Shown here piece after piece: positions 10,686 to 21,128 of a DNA stretch of 64,000 bases (within the stretch, counting starts at the first letter, position 1; every line of letters starts with the position of its first letter). The stretch covers positions 1,504,001 through 1,568,000 of the forward strand of contig OY782041.1 of the NCBI GenBank assembly GCA_963677595.1, written 5' to 3'. The notes beneath the pieces were generated by a model, which was given only the letters and a program-made list of their open reading frames with translations, was not told the DNA's origin and searched no databases. The stretch comes from Spirochaetia bacterium (GTDB lineage: Bacteria > Spirochaetota > Spirochaetia > CAKZLE01). The position numbers were made by a program, and so were the translations under genes.

Positions 10686-11054
10686 GAGCACCGTCGGAAG
10701 CCAGGTGATGAAGCTGAACCGGGCGGCCGAATGGATCTGGCCGACGAAATCGAGCAGGATGATCACCACAGCCCAGATGCCCACAACCCCGTCCATAGCC
10801 CACTTCATGATGATCGTGCCCTTCTTCGTGAAGAGCGTGGCGACCATGGCGGCCCCGCTGATGAGCAGCAGGAGCGAGATGATGAGGATCAGAGCCTGGT
10901 TAGCCTCCCCCCAGTCATGCGCGATCGAGAAGAGCGCATGGCCTGAGATCCCGGAGATCCCGAACAGGATCCCGTAGATCCCCACGAGAACCTGCAGGAT
11001 CGAGATCACCTGCTTGATCTTCTGCGTCTTAGTCTTCTTCTTCCTTTCGGCCAT
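10632..11054 (-). CDS. Hypothetical 4-TM membrane protein
   Basis: 140 aa with four hydrophobic segments; overlaps the upstream minus-strand gene. Confidence 0.6.
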   Translation of the reverse strand: MAERKKKTKTQKIKQVISILQVLVGIYGILFGISGISGHALFSIAHDWGEANQALILIISLLLLISGAAMVATLFTKKGTIIMKWAMDGVVGIWAVVIILLDFVGQIHSAARFSFITWLPTVLSHLIILTVLLLVRFEKR

Positions 11055-11433
11055 CGCCTTCCTGCCTGTCCAGGTACTGTTTCTCGATTCCGATCACCCG
11101 CTTGTTCAGGTCGTTGATCCGGTACTCGATGGTATGCAGCATCCAGAACTCGAAATGGTTCTGCTTCAGGATCGACTGGATCAACATGATGATCTTCAGG
11201 CTGACCAGCAGGAGACCGACCTCGAGAGAGAGCATGGTTGGGATGATATGGGTGGTAACCTCCAGCGTGAACAGCCCCACCGTGATGGCAAGGATGAGCC
11301 AGTTGATCATCTTATGCTTCCTGATATCGGTGGTACCGCCGATCCTGCCGAGCATCTGCCGGATCCGCTCCCGTTCATGGTTGTACTCCCTGATCTCCGC
11401 TTCCAGTTCCTCGATCGATGCCTGGTCTGCCAT
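11029..11433 (-). CDS. Hypothetical membrane protein (coiled coil-2TM-coiled coil)
   Basis: 134 aa, starts 4 bp after the metF stop; NHFEFWMLxxIEYRIN motif. Confidence 0.7.
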   Translation of the reverse strand: MADQASIEELEAEIREYNHERERIRQMLGRIGGTTDIRKHKMINWLILAITVGLFTLEVTTHIIPTMLSLEVGLLLVSLKIIMLIQSILKQNHFEFWMLHTIEYRINDLNKRVIGIEKQYLDRQEGDGRKEEED

Positions 11434-11437
11434 ATCC

Positions 11438-12391
11438 CTAAAACACCTCTTTGACGATCTTCGCTATATTCCGTGCCTTGCCCAGTGTATAGTAGTGGAT
11501 GCCCGGGACCCCGTGGGCGATCAGGTCCTTCGACTGCCTGATGGTGAACTCTACCCCGACCTGGCGTGCCTCCGCATTGGTGGTGCACGCGTTCACCGCC
11601 TCTACCAAGTCCTCCGGCAGGTCGATGCTGAAGGTCTGCGGCAGCAGCTGGATATCAGAGAGGAGGGAGATCGGCTTGATCCCGGGGATGATCGGTACGG
11701 TGATGCCTGCCTCCCGGCAGGTATCGACGAAATCATAGAAGTACTGGTTCTCGAAGAACATCTGCGTGACGATATACTCCGCCCCCGCATCTACCTTCTG
11801 CTTGAGCATCCGTATATCCTGGTCCATGTTCGGCGACTCGAAGTGCTTCTCCGGGTATCCGGCGACACCGACGCAGAAGTTGGTCGGGTCCGGGTTTTGG
11901 ATGAGCTCATCGAGGTACTTCCCCCTGTTGAGCTCCATGATCTGCTCGACCATCTCATTGGTATGGGCCGATCCCTGGGGATGCGGGGTAAATCGCCGTT
12001 CGCCCTTGGGCGGGTCACCCCTGAGGGCGAAGACGTTGTCGATCCCAAGGAAGTTGAGCTCGATGAGGGCATCCTCTGTCTCCTCCTTCGAGAACCCGCC
12101 GCAGATCAGGTGGGGTACCACCTCGATCTCGTACTTGTTCTTCACCGCCGCCGAGAGGGCCACGGTACCCGGCCGCTTGCGGATGACCCGGCGCTCCATC
12201 AGCCCGTCGGGACGCTCCCTGAAGATGGTCTCCTGCTGGTGGTAGGTGAAGTTTATGTAAGCCGGCTCGAACTCCCTGAGGGTATCGACTGCGGCGAAGA
12301 TGCTGTCGATCTTCTTCCCCTTCATCGGGGGCAGCAGCTCAAAGGTGAATAACGGGCGTTTTGCCTGTTCGATAATATCTATGACTTTCAT
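11438..12391 (-). CDS. metF: Methylenetetrahydrofolate reductase
   Basis: FTFELLPP, VPHLICGG, ALRGDPP, VAGYPEKH, KVDAGAEYIVTQMFF, HYYTL. Confidence 0.95.
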   Translation of the reverse strand: MKVIDIIEQAKRPLFTFELLPPMKGKKIDSIFAAVDTLREFEPAYINFTYHQQETIFRERPDGLMERRVIRKRPGTVALSAAVKNKYEIEVVPHLICGGFSKEETEDALIELNFLGIDNVFALRGDPPKGERRFTPHPQGSAHTNEMVEQIMELNRGKYLDELIQNPDPTNFCVGVAGYPEKHFESPNMDQDIRMLKQKVDAGAEYIVTQMFFENQYFYDFVDTCREAGITVPIIPGIKPISLLSDIQLLPQTFSIDLPEDLVEAVNACTTNAEARQVGVEFTIRQSKDLIAHGVPGIHYYTLGKARNIAKIVKEVF

Positions 12392-12400
12392 CTCTCTTCC

Positions 12401-15400
12401 TTATTCGTCTGTTTGTACGGACCGGCTCAGCCAGGTAAGGATCTCCTCCCTGTCCATCCCCTTGCGTCCTGCATATTCCGTGACCTGGTCCTCCCCGATA
12501 CTCCCGACTGAGAAGTACCGTGAATCAGGATGCGCTATATAATACCCGCAGACTGAGGCGGCCGGTATCATCGCCTGACTCTCCGTCAGCGAGATGCCCG
12601 TCACCCCGGTCCCGCCGAGGACCCTGATGACCGTCTCCTTCTCAGAATGGTCGGGGCACATGGGGTATCCCGGTGCGGGTCTCACCCCTTGAATCGTATC
12701 ATACCCCCAGTATTCAGTCATCACCTTCTCATGCATGTATTCACTCGCTGCCTCCACCACCCGGTCGGCTACACTCTGCAGGAGCAGCTTCCGGTAGTCA
12801 TCGTCACCGTAGGAGGAGAGGATCCCCTCCATGCCGATGCCGGCAGTGATGGCGAAGAGCCCGATCCAGTCCCCGTCTGCCGAGAAGTAGTCCGCGATCG
12901 AGGCTCCCTCCAGCTTCGTCTCCTGCTGCCTGAGGAAGTGGAGCGTTTCGTGCGACTCCCCGGTCTTGAGGATCAGGTCATCTGCTTCCCGGGTGACGGG
13001 ATAGATCCCGGTCACAGCCCGGATGGTATACCCGTAGGTCAGTTTGAGTTCCTTGAGCAGTTCCTGCGCATCCCGGGTGAGTTCGTCGGCCTCATCGCCG
13101 GTGAACGGCAGTTTCCAGGTATGGAGAAACATCTTCCAGTTGATCAGCGGCTCTACTTCAGCCAAGGGGATCTCAAGGACCTGCTGCCCTGGTACCAGGG
13201 GTGCCCGTGCGGGGATAGCTCTGACCGTCTCGCTACCGAGCTTCCTGGCCGCTTCGAGCGACCGGAGCGCCTCTGTCTGCCCACCCTCCCCATGGAGGGT
13301 TCGGATGGAGCGGTAGGTCTCCTCGAGCTCTGTGACGAATGCATCCCTGGTCCTGGGGTTCAGCAGCCTCATCGCTGCCTCCACCCCGCCTGATGCATCC
13401 CTCGTATGGACTACCGGGCCGCAGTAGTTCGGCGCGATCTTGATTGCGGTATGCTCGATCGAGGTGGTTGCCCCCCCGACGAAGAGCGGTATCCTCAGGC
13501 CCCGCTTCTCGAGTTCGCTCGCAACATGGATCATCTCGTTGAGCGAGGGGGTGATCAGCCCGCTGAGGGCGATGATGTCGACCTGCTCTTCGAGTGCCCG
13601 GGCGATGATCTCATCAGCGGGGACCATGACCCCGAGGTCGATGATCTCGATCCCGTTGCAGGCGAGGACGACGGAGACGATGTTCTTCCCGATGTCGTGG
13701 ACATCACCCTTGACCGTGGCGATGAGCAGCTTGCCCATCGAAGAGGACCCGGTACCTGATTGCTCCTCCTCGATGAGGGGCTGCAGGTACTCGACTGCCT
13801 TCTTCATGACCCTCGCGCTCTTCACCACCTGGGGGAGGAACATCTTTCCCTTCCCGAACAGGGTCCCTACCTGGCGCATCCCGTCCATGAGGGGGCCCTC
13901 GATGAGGGAGATCACAGGTTCTGAATGTACCTTCTTTTCTCTCACTGCCTCATCGAGGTCGCCGGCGATATAGTCGGTGAACCCCTTCATCAGGCTGTGG
14001 GTCAGTCGTTGGGAGACGGGCTCCTTCCTCCAGGCGCTGTCCGCCTGGTTCTGGAGCTTGGCAGATCCTTTCATATCATCGGCTGCCATATGCTCAGCGA
14101 AGGAGATGAGCTTCTCAGCCGCATCTGCTGTCCGGCAGAGGATCGCGTCCTCCACCACCTGCAGCAGGTCTGCCGGTATATCATCATAGAGGGTGACCAT
14201 AGCCGGGTTCACGATCCCCATGTCCATGCCCTTGGAGATGGCATGGTAGAGGAAGACCGAGTGCATGGCCTCCCGGATCGTGTTGTTGCCGCGGAAGGAG
14301 AACGAGAGGTTGCTCACCCCGCCGCTCACCTTCGCATGGGGGAGGTTCCCCTTGATCCAGCCGACTGCCTCGATGAAGTCCTTCGCGTACCGGTCGTGCT
14401 CGCTCATGCCGGTCGCGATGGCGAGGACGTTGGGGTCGAAGATGATATCTTCCGGCGGGATGCCGGCTTTCTCGGTGAGCAGGGTATAGGATCGCTCTGC
14501 TATGCTGATCTTCTTCTCATAGGTATCGGCCTGCCCGGACTCATCGAAGAGCATGACCACCATCGCGGCTCCGTAGGATCGGATGGCCCGTGCACGTTCG
14601 ATGAAGGCCTCTTCGCCCTCCTTGAGGCTGATCGAGTTGACGATCCCCTTCCCCTGGAGGCAGGCGAGCCCTGAGAGGATCACCTCCCAGTCAGAGGAGT
14701 CCACCATGACCGGGACCCTGGCTATGTCAGGTTCGGCCGCGATGAGGTTGAGGTAGCGTACCATCGAAGCCTTCGCGTCGAGCATGGCATCGTCCATGCA
14801 GATGTCGATGACCTGGGCACCGTTGCGCACCTGGCTCCCCGCGATCGAGATCGCCTCCTCGAACTTCTCCTCGCGGATCAGCCGGGCGAACTTCCTCGAC
14901 CCGGAGACGTTGGTACGCTCCCCGATATTGACGAAATTCCTCTCAGCGGTCATATAGAGCGGCTCGAGGCCGCTGAAGGCTGACGTATGTCCCTTCTCGG
15001 GGATGGTCCTCGGTGAGAACCTGCCTGCCAGTTCAGCTATGATGCGTATATGGTCATAGGTGGTCCCGCAGCAGCCCCCGATGATGTTCACCAGCCCGTC
15101 GGAGAGAAACCCCTCAAGGATCCCGCCCATCTTCTGCGCGCTCTGGGTATAGTCCCCGTTCCGGTCGGGAAGCCCTGCGTTCGGGTGGGCACTCACGAGG
15201 GAGGGGGCACAGGCCGAGAGGGTCTCGAGGTGGGGTCGAAGTTCCTCCGCCCCCATCGAGCAGTTGAGCCCGATGCTGAAGAGGTTCGCATGCTCTAGTG
15301 AGAGGCTGAACGCCTCCACCGTCTGGCCTGAGAGGGTCCTGCCGCTGGCATCGCTCAGGGTCCCCGATACCATGATCGGGAAGGGATGCTCGCTGCGGTA

Positions 15401-16018
15401 CCCGCGCTCCTTGAGGAGCGTGCCAGCCGCGAAGAGGGCTGCCTTGCAGTTGAGGGTGTCGAAGACGGTCTCGATGAGCAGGATGTCGACACGCCCGTCG
15501 AGGAGTCCTGCGATCTGGACGGAGTAGGAGTCGACCAGGTCAGAGAAGGAGACCTCCCGGTAGCCGGGATCATCCACCTTGGGTGAGATCGACGCCGTCT
15601 TGCTGGTAGGCCCGATCGAACCCGCGACGAACCGGGGCTTCCCGTCAGCCTGTTCAGAAGACTCGACCACCATCCTTGCCAATTCCGCAGCCGCGAGGTT
15701 CATGTCATAGGCGAGGTCCTGCATCCCGTAATCCTTCAGGGTGATGGGATTCGCCCCGAAGGTGTTCGTCGAGATGATGTCAGCACCAGCATCCACGTAG
15801 CCCTGGTAGATCTCGCTGATGATGTCATACCTGGTCAGCGAGAGCAGGTCGTTGCACCCCTTGAGCGGGATGGAGGCCGCACCGGGGATAGTGTCGACGA
15901 CCTCGCCGCGGAAGTCATCCTCCCCCAGAGCGTATCGCTGCAGCAGGGAACCCATGGCCCCGTCAAGGACGAGGATCCTCGTTGCTGCCTCTTCATATAA
16001 TCTGTCTATCCTGTTCAT
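12401..16018 (-). CDS. metH: Cobalamin-dependent methionine synthase
   Basis: [41 protein letters not shown]12 motif, C-terminal reactivation domain RPAPGYP. Confidence 0.97.
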   Translation of the reverse strand: MNRIDRLYEEAATRILVLDGAMGSLLQRYALGEDDFRGEVVDTIPGAASIPLKGCNDLLSLTRYDIISEIYQGYVDAGADIISTNTFGANPITLKDYGMQDLAYDMNLAAAELARMVVESSEQADGKPRFVAGSIGPTSKTASISPKVDDPGYREVSFSDLVDSYSVQIAGLLDGRVDILLIETVFDTLNCKAALFAAGTLLKERGYRSEHPFPIMVSGTLSDASGRTLSGQTVEAFSLSLEHANLFSIGLNCSMGAEELRPHLETLSACAPSLVSAHPNAGLPDRNGDYTQSAQKMGGILEGFLSDGLVNIIGGCCGTTYDHIRIIAELAGRFSPRTIPEKGHTSAFSGLEPLYMTAERNFVNIGERTNVSGSRKFARLIREEKFEEAISIAGSQVRNGAQVIDICMDDAMLDAKASMVRYLNLIAAEPDIARVPVMVDSSDWEVILSGLACLQGKGIVNSISLKEGEEAFIERARAIRSYGAAMVVMLFDESGQADTYEKKISIAERSYTLLTEKAGIPPEDIIFDPNVLAIATGMSEHDRYAKDFIEAVGWIKGNLPHAKVSGGVSNLSFSFRGNNTIREAMHSVFLYHAISKGMDMGIVNPAMVTLYDDIPADLLQVVEDAILCRTADAAEKLISFAEHMAADDMKGSAKLQNQADSAWRKEPVSQRLTHSLMKGFTDYIAGDLDEAVREKKVHSEPVISLIEGPLMDGMRQVGTLFGKGKMFLPQVVKSARVMKKAVEYLQPLIEEEQSGTGSSSMGKLLIATVKGDVHDIGKNIVSVVLACNGIEIIDLGVMVPADEIIARALEEQVDIIALSGLITPSLNEMIHVASELEKRGLRIPLFVGGATTSIEHTAIKIAPNYCGPVVHTRDASGGVEAAMRLLNPRTRDAFVTELEETYRSIRTLHGEGGQTEALRSLEAARKLGSETVRAIPARAPLVPGQQVLEIPLAEVEPLINWKMFLHTWKLPFTGDEADELTRDAQELLKELKLTYGYTIRAVTGIYPVTREADDLILKTGESHETLHFLRQQETKLEGASIADYFSADGDWIGLFAITAGIGMEGILSSYGDDDYRKLLLQSVADRVVEAASEYMHEKVMTEYWGYDTIQGVRPAPGYPMCPDHSEKETVIRVLGGTGVTGISLTESQAMIPAASVCGYYIAHPDSRYFSVGSIGEDQVTEYAGRKGMDREEILTWLSRSVQTDE

Positions 16019-16779
16019 CGGTATACCTTCACCTCACAGCTGCCGCAGATACCGGCCTTGTCATCCTTGATGATGACCGCCGATACCACGGCATCGATCT
16101 CCCGGATCCTTCCAATCACGCCATCCACATCGCCGGTGCTGTGCACCTCATTCCCGAACGCCGTGGCATAGGCATCAGCCTGTGCCGTGCTGCGGTGGGC
16201 GATCATCACCGCATCGGCCGTGCCGAAGCTCAGCGAGGGGCCGACCGTACCCGCGGAGGTGCAGACCCCGAGGGGGCTCTCGCCTGCAGGGATCAGGACC
16301 CCGAGCTTGTCCGAGAGGGGAGAGCTCCCGGCAAAGATCCTCAACTGCAGGTCCTCCTCGATATCGAGATAGATATCCCCGCCGTTCTCCACCACGATCT
16401 CACGTATGGGGAACGTATCTTGGAGCTTCCTGCCGATGAGCTCGGAGAAAGTCCCGGCTACCGCCCCCATGGGGCCGATGCCTGCGGTCCTTCCCGCCTC
16501 GATGAGCTGCCTGACCACGTCCGGGGCACCGTCATCCGACGGTACGGGGACCAATGATGCGATGAATCCCCCGTGAGTCTCTTCATATGCACGTATAGTC
16601 TCCTGTAACGACTCGATCTCACGGATCGTCACTCCCTCGAGTTCCCCGGCATCCAGGTCACCGAAGGACCCGGCATCGATCCCGATCCACAGGTCGGTCT
16701 GGCCTACGGAGACGATGATTGATGCGAACCTGCCGCCGCCCATCGCCTCACGGTATATCCTGGGACCGTAGCCTTCCAT
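16015..16779 (-). CDS. UPF0280/COG2122 ApbE-like protein
   Basis: [15 protein letters not shown], [20 protein letters not shown], ADAxATAFGN. Confidence 0.88.
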   Translation of the reverse strand: MEGYGPRIYREAMGGGRFASIIVSVGQTDLWIGIDAGSFGDLDAGELEGVTIREIESLQETIRAYEETHGGFIASLVPVPSDDGAPDVVRQLIEAGRTAGIGPMGAVAGTFSELIGRKLQDTFPIREIVVENGGDIYLDIEEDLQLRIFAGSSPLSDKLGVLIPAGESPLGVCTSAGTVGPSLSFGTADAVMIAHRSTAQADAYATAFGNEVHSTGDVDGVIGRIREIDAVVSAVIIKDDKAGICGSCEVKVYR

Positions 16780-16788
16780 GACAGCCTG

Positions 16789-17205
16789 CTATTCAGCTTC
16801 CCTGGTTATGGAGAAGAGCCGTAAGGGACAGGCCTCCACGCAGAGACCGCAGACGACGCAGCTATCCTGGTCGAACTCGAGTTCCCAGGTCTCGGTATTC
16901 ATCTGCAGGGCGCCCGAGAAACAGACGGAGGTGCAGCTGCCGCAGGCAACGCACTCATTCTGCCGGAACACCAGTGCCTTGACGTGGGGCGAGCATTTGA
17001 CCCCGTCCCGCAGCAGTTCTGCAACGCTGCTGTTCAGGGCCTTCTCCGTCCCTTCCAGTTCCACGACCAGCATCCCGTTCCTCCCGGATGAGATGTCGGC
17101 ATTGAGGATGTTCACGCTGATGTCGAACTTCCTGACCAGGTCCGAGACGAGCGGTTTCTTCACTATCTCCGGTGAGAATCGTAATACATATCTCTTCTTC
17201 ATCAT
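16789..17205 (-). CDS. NIL domain + 2x[4Fe-4S] ferredoxin (MA1822-like)
   Basis: NIL motif (VNILNADI), then CVACGSCTSVC and CVVCGLCVEACP. Confidence 0.9.
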   Translation of the reverse strand: MMKKRYVLRFSPEIVKKPLVSDLVRKFDISVNILNADISSGRNGMLVVELEGTEKALNSSVAELLRDGVKCSPHVKALVFRQNECVACGSCTSVCFSGALQMNTETWELEFDQDSCVVCGLCVEACPLRLFSITREAE

Positions 17206-17212
17206 CTACCCC

Positions 17213-18361
17213 TTATCTCTGCTTCAGGCCCTTGACGGTGCTCTCTTTCGGGAATGCCTCGACAGGGGTGGTAATGAAGAACTCCCCGGCCTCTATCCAG
17301 CCCTTCAATTCAGCGGCGATCTTCCGCGCCTTCATCAGGCTCGACAGCGGAGCTGTCTTCACCTGCTTCCCATCGATGGTGATGGTCCCCGATCGGAGCT
17401 GTTCATAGTTCGCGACCCCGAGGGACGGCTTGTCCGCCTCGCTGTAGTCGATGACCTGGGTCTCTATCTGGGAATTGGCGATCATGCAGCCCTTCGCGAC
17501 CTCCTCGTCGAGCATGGGGATAGGAATACCTATCCCGATGAAGATAGTCACCCCGTACTTCTCGAAGTAGGCTGCCTTGATGTATTCGGTACTCATCTGC
17601 TTGGCATCGCCGATGACCGCGATCGTCCCGGCATTGCTCGTGGGGATGCCGTATTCGTTCTTGGGTTTCATGGTATTGAACTGGGTCCCGTACCAGGAGA
17701 CATAGCCCTGGGTACCACCAAGGAAGATCCTCGTCCCGATGCCGATCGTCCTGAAGGACGGGTCGTTGAGCAGCGGGCTGAGCTCCCCGGCTGTCGAGTA
17801 GGTCGCGTTCCCGATATCGGGGAGCAGGGTCCCCATATAGGTATAGATGGTCCGGTGCTTGGTGTTGACGGCGACCCCGTAGTTCTGGTAGGCATTCCTG
17901 GGGTTGTAGAGGTAGAACTCGTTCACGCTCTCCTTGTTGATGATGGTCTCGACCTCTTTCTGCGGGTAGCAGTCCGTCCCCTTCGCACGGGCCTTCAGCT
18001 TGACGTCCTTTCCTGCGATCAGCTCCTCGATGACATGGGCCCCTCCGTACCGGTGGTCGAAATGGGACTCGGAGGTCGCGCCGATATAGGTGTCGACTGC
18101 CGCAAGGCCCCCTGAGACAGGTACGTCATTGAGGGTGATCTCCTCCATCCTGATCGGGGGGCTGTAGTGTCCGAAGTTGACGAAGGCCCCTGAGGAACAC
18201 ATCGGCCCGAAGGTCGCCGTGGTCACGACATCGACCTGCTCGACGATCTCGGCCGGGGTCATGGTCTCGGCCATCCTTGACACTTCCTCAGCAGTGACCA
18301 CCACGGCTTCCCCGTTCCTGATCTTCTCATTGATCTCGTCTACCGTCTTCTTCGTACTCAT
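17213..18361 (-). CDS. DUF39 homocysteine biosynthesis protein (aspartate-semialdehyde sulfurtransferase, MJ0100/MA1821-like, no CBS domains)
   Basis: EINEKIxxGEAVVVTAEE, VDVVTTATFGPMCSSGA, NPRNAYQNY, TYMGTLLP, GELSPLLNDP. Confidence 0.92.
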   Translation of the reverse strand: MSTKKTVDEINEKIRNGEAVVVTAEEVSRMAETMTPAEIVEQVDVVTTATFGPMCSSGAFVNFGHYSPPIRMEEITLNDVPVSGGLAAVDTYIGATSESHFDHRYGGAHVIEELIAGKDVKLKARAKGTDCYPQKEVETIINKESVNEFYLYNPRNAYQNYGVAVNTKHRTIYTYMGTLLPDIGNATYSTAGELSPLLNDPSFRTIGIGTRIFLGGTQGYVSWYGTQFNTMKPKNEYGIPTSNAGTIAVIGDAKQMSTEYIKAAYFEKYGVTIFIGIGIPIPMLDEEVAKGCMIANSQIETQVIDYSEADKPSLGVANYEQLRSGTITIDGKQVKTAPLSSLMKARKIAAELKGWIEAGEFFITTPVEAFPKESTVKGLKQR

Positions 18362-18375
18362 CTTCGCTCCTTCGG

Positions 18376-18404
18376 ACCTGGCTCAAGGGAATCCTTGAGC
18401 CGGT
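18376..18404 (-). promoter_or_regulatory. Stable hairpin in the 5' leader of the Met operon, just upstream of the RBS
   Basis: GGCTCAAGG-N4-CCTTGAGCC perfect 9-bp stem, extended by ACC/GGT, immediately 5' of AAGGAG on the minus strand. Confidence 0.45.
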
Positions 18405-18606
18405 ATCAGTAGTAGAGATAATACAATAAATAAATTGCTATATGCAATGCAGGGAGGTTGTCTGGAGGGAGAAAGAGGCCTGTTTTACCCGTTCTCCACC
18501 AGATCCGCCCGGCAGGAGGCCAGGATGGGCATGTGTGGTCACGAAACCGCTATATCAGCACATCATACTATGGTAAGATTAGGGAAACACCAATCAGGGG
18601 GATCCC

Positions 18607-19404
18607 ATGAGTTCGATACTGTTCGCCTTAGGGCTGACGCTCTTTGCCGGTCTTGCCACCGGGGTAGGGAGTGCTATAGCTTTCATCTCCAAGAAGTTCA
18701 ACCCGAAGTTCCTTGCCGGAGCCCTCGGTTTCTCAGCAGGAGTCATGATCTATGTCTCCTTCATCGAGATATTCGTCAAGGCCAGGGAATCTTTGAGCGT
18801 CCCCTTCGGGGAGACCAAGGGGTACTGGGTCACGACCATAGCGTTCTTCTGCGGGCTTGGATTGATCGCCCTTATTGACAAGCTCATACCCTCTTATGAG
18901 AACCCTCATGAGATCAGGAACATGGAGGTGGAACCTGATGCAGCCTCAGAGAAGCGCCTGCTGAGGATGGGCCTGTTCTCGGCCCTTGCCATTGCCATCC
19001 ATAATTTCCCTGAGGGTCTCGCTACCTTCATGGGTGCACTGACTGATCCGACCCTTGGTGTCAGCATCGCAGTGGCGATTGCGATCCATAACATCCCGGA
19101 GGGCGTGGCTGTCTCCGCACCGATCTACTATGCGACGAAGAGCAGAAAGAAGGCCTTCTGGCTCTCTTTCGCCTCCGGTCTTGCAGAACCGGTGGGAGCA
19201 CTGATCGGATTTTTCATCCTGCGCACCATATTCAGTGACTCTACGTTCGGGATCATCTTTGCCGGGGTCGCAGGCATCATGGTATATATATCCCTTGACG
19301 AACTCCTGCCGACCGCGGAGGAGTATGGAGAACACCATATCGCAATAGGGGGCCTCATTGCCGGTATGGTCGTCATGTCTCTCAGCCTCCTGATGTTCGC
19401 CTGA
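18607..19404 (+). CDS. zupT: ZIP family metal transporter ZupT
   Basis: [12 protein letters not shown], two HNxPEG motifs, [11 protein letters not shown]. Confidence 0.95.
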   Translation: MSSILFALGLTLFAGLATGVGSAIAFISKKFNPKFLAGALGFSAGVMIYVSFIEIFVKARESLSVPFGETKGYWVTTIAFFCGLGLIALIDKLIPSYENPHEIRNMEVEPDAASEKRLLRMGLFSALAIAIHNFPEGLATFMGALTDPTLGVSIAVAIAIHNIPEGVAVSAPIYYATKSRKKAFWLSFASGLAEPVGALIGFFILRTIFSDSTFGIIFAGVAGIMVYISLDELLPTAEEYGEHHIAIGGLIAGMVVMSLSLLMFA

Positions 19405-19414
19405 CCCTGATCTC

Positions 19415-19525
19415 TCAACCCTTCTTTGAACTCTCGTCCTTCACGCAGTAGTCTGCACATGTGGCGCAGTTGACCACACAGTTGTTCGGAGCGGTCACCA
19501 CAGTGAAATACGCGATCCTCACCAT
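19415..19525 (-). CDS. Unannotated 36-aa Cys-rich ORF (ferredoxin half-site-like)
   Basis: MVRIAYFTVVTAPNNCVVNCATCADYCVKDESSKKG*; ATG overlaps the permease stop (TGATG). Confidence 0.5.
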   Translation of the reverse strand: MVRIAYFTVVTAPNNCVVNCATCADYCVKDESSKKG

Positions 19526-20277
19526 CAGGAGACGGCCTTCCTGACCCGCAGGACAGCCATGCAGAGGAAGAGGATGGAGTACGTGATGAGGATGAGGTAG
19601 TGGTACCCAGGTACCGGCCTCCCGAGGTAGGCTGCCCGGATCGCCGCAGAGGCATGGGTCAGGGGGATGATCTCCGTCAGGACCCTGAAGATCCCGGGGA
19701 GGGACTCTAACGAGAAAAAGGTCCCGGCAATGAAGGACATCGGGGTGATGACGAAGGACTGGAACGAGGTCATGTCCCGGTGGTTCTTCACCGACAGCGA
19801 TATCCAGAGGCCTAAGGAGGCGAACATGAAGCTATTGATCAGGACCGGCACGAGCAGGAGCAGGCTCCTTTCCGGGACGGCCCCGAAGAGCCTGCCGATG
19901 AGCAGCACCGCAAGGAAGCTGCAGGCTCCCTTCGTCATCCCGTACAGGACGTTCCCGAGCACGATGGAGAGCTCATGTGCCGGGGAGAGCAGGTACTCCT
20001 CGAAGAAATGGGTGAGGAACCGGGAGATGTTCACCTCCGTCGCGATGCTGAAGCTCATGGTCATCCCCGAGAGCGCGATGAGCCCGGGGACCATGAACGT
20101 CAGGTAGGGGATCCCCCCTACCGTCAGGTCCTTCCCCACCCCCCAGCCGAAGGCGAGGGCATAGAGCGCAGGGGAGAGGAAGAAGGAGACGAGGTTCTTC
20201 ACCGCCCTCGCCCTCAGGATGTACAATCCCCGCAGGTAGACGGCAAAGAAGGCACGTGCCTGTCCTGTAAAGCTCAT
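19525..20277 (-). CDS. ABC-2 type exporter permease
   Basis: YLTFMVPGLIA, EEYLLSP, FVITPMSFIAGTFF, IPLTHA (NodJ/DrrB-like). Confidence 0.88.
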   Translation of the reverse strand: MSFTGQARAFFAVYLRGLYILRARAVKNLVSFFLSPALYALAFGWGVGKDLTVGGIPYLTFMVPGLIALSGMTMSFSIATEVNISRFLTHFFEEYLLSPAHELSIVLGNVLYGMTKGACSFLAVLLIGRLFGAVPERSLLLLVPVLINSFMFASLGLWISLSVKNHRDMTSFQSFVITPMSFIAGTFFSLESLPGIFRVLTEIIPLTHASAAIRAAYLGRPVPGYHYLILITYSILFLCMAVLRVRKAVS

Positions 20278-21128
20278 TTCTCCAACTCCTTTCCCGTAAG
20301 GTCGATGAAGACATCCTCAAGGGTCGTCTTCCGCACGATCAGCTCAACCACCGGGCTGCCGGTACCCTCGAGCGCCTCCTCATGGGTCGGGAAGAAGCTC
20401 ACCCGCTTCGCCATCCCCTCATACTCAAGTCGACACCAGCTGCCGAGGTCATCGATCAGCGAGTCGGCAGTCCCCCGCTTGATGATGCTCCCCTGGTGGA
20501 TGATCGAGATCGAGTCCGCATAGGTATGGGCCTCCTCCATATAATGGGTGGAGAAGAGGATGGTCTTGCCTGCTCTCTTGAGTGAGAGCAGGATATCCCA
20601 GATCGCCCGGCGGCTGGCAGGGTCGAGCCCCACGGTCGGTTCATCGAGGATCAGCAGTCCCGGGTCATGGAGCAGGGCCCTGATGATCTGCAGTTTCCGC
20701 TTCATCCCCCCGGAGAGGGATCGCACGACCTCATCCTTCTTGTCCTGCAGGCCGGCGACCTTCAGGAGTCTTTCTGCCCTCTCGGGGTATTCCCGTCTCG
20801 GGAGGTCGTACAGGTTCGCATGGATCCTCAGGTTCTGTGCCGCCGTCAGGTCGAGTTCGAGGTTGGCATGCTGGGAGACCACCCCTATCGAGGACCGGTA
20901 GGAGGCGGGATCCTTCCTGATATCCGTATCGAAGAAGTGAATACTCCCGGAAGTCGGGATACACAGCCCGCAGACCATGCTGATGGTCGTCGATTTCCCC
21001 GCACCGTTGGGTCCGAGGAAGGCATAGCAGCCACCCTCATCGAGACGGTAACTGACACTCCTCACGGCATGCGTCCCGTTCGGGTAGACCTTGTCCAGGT
21101 CCTTGAGCTCAAGGATCGATTCCTTCAT
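20274..21128 (-). CDS. ABC-2 type exporter ATP-binding protein (DrrA/NodI-like)
   Basis: GPNGAGKST, LSGGMKRKL, LDEPTVGLDP, STHYMEEA; ATGA overlap with the upstream gene. Confidence 0.9.
   Translation of the reverse strand: MKESILELKDLDKVYPNGTHAVRSVSYRLDEGGCYAFLGPNGAGKSTTISMVCGLCIPTSGSIHFFDTDIRKDPASYRSSIGVVSQHANLELDLTAAQNLRIHANLYDLPRREYPERAERLLKVAGLQDKKDEVVRSLSGGMKRKLQIIRALLHDPGLLILDEPTVGLDPASRRAIWDILLSLKRAGKTILFSTHYMEEAHTYADSISIIHQGSIIKRGTADSLIDDLGSWCRLEYEGMAKRVSFFPTHEEALEGTGSPVVELIVRKTTLEDVFIDLTGKELEK

Noticed and set aside
18577-18595. GATTAGGGAAACACCAATC as a DtxR/MntR-type box before zupT
   Set aside because: Imperfect palindrome (6 of 9 pairs); too weak without comparative data.
18362-18606. 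Canonical SAM-I/II/III, SAH riboswitch or T-box upstream of the Met operon
   Set aside because: The conserved cores were not found; only a simple hairpin, reported as a low-confidence finding.
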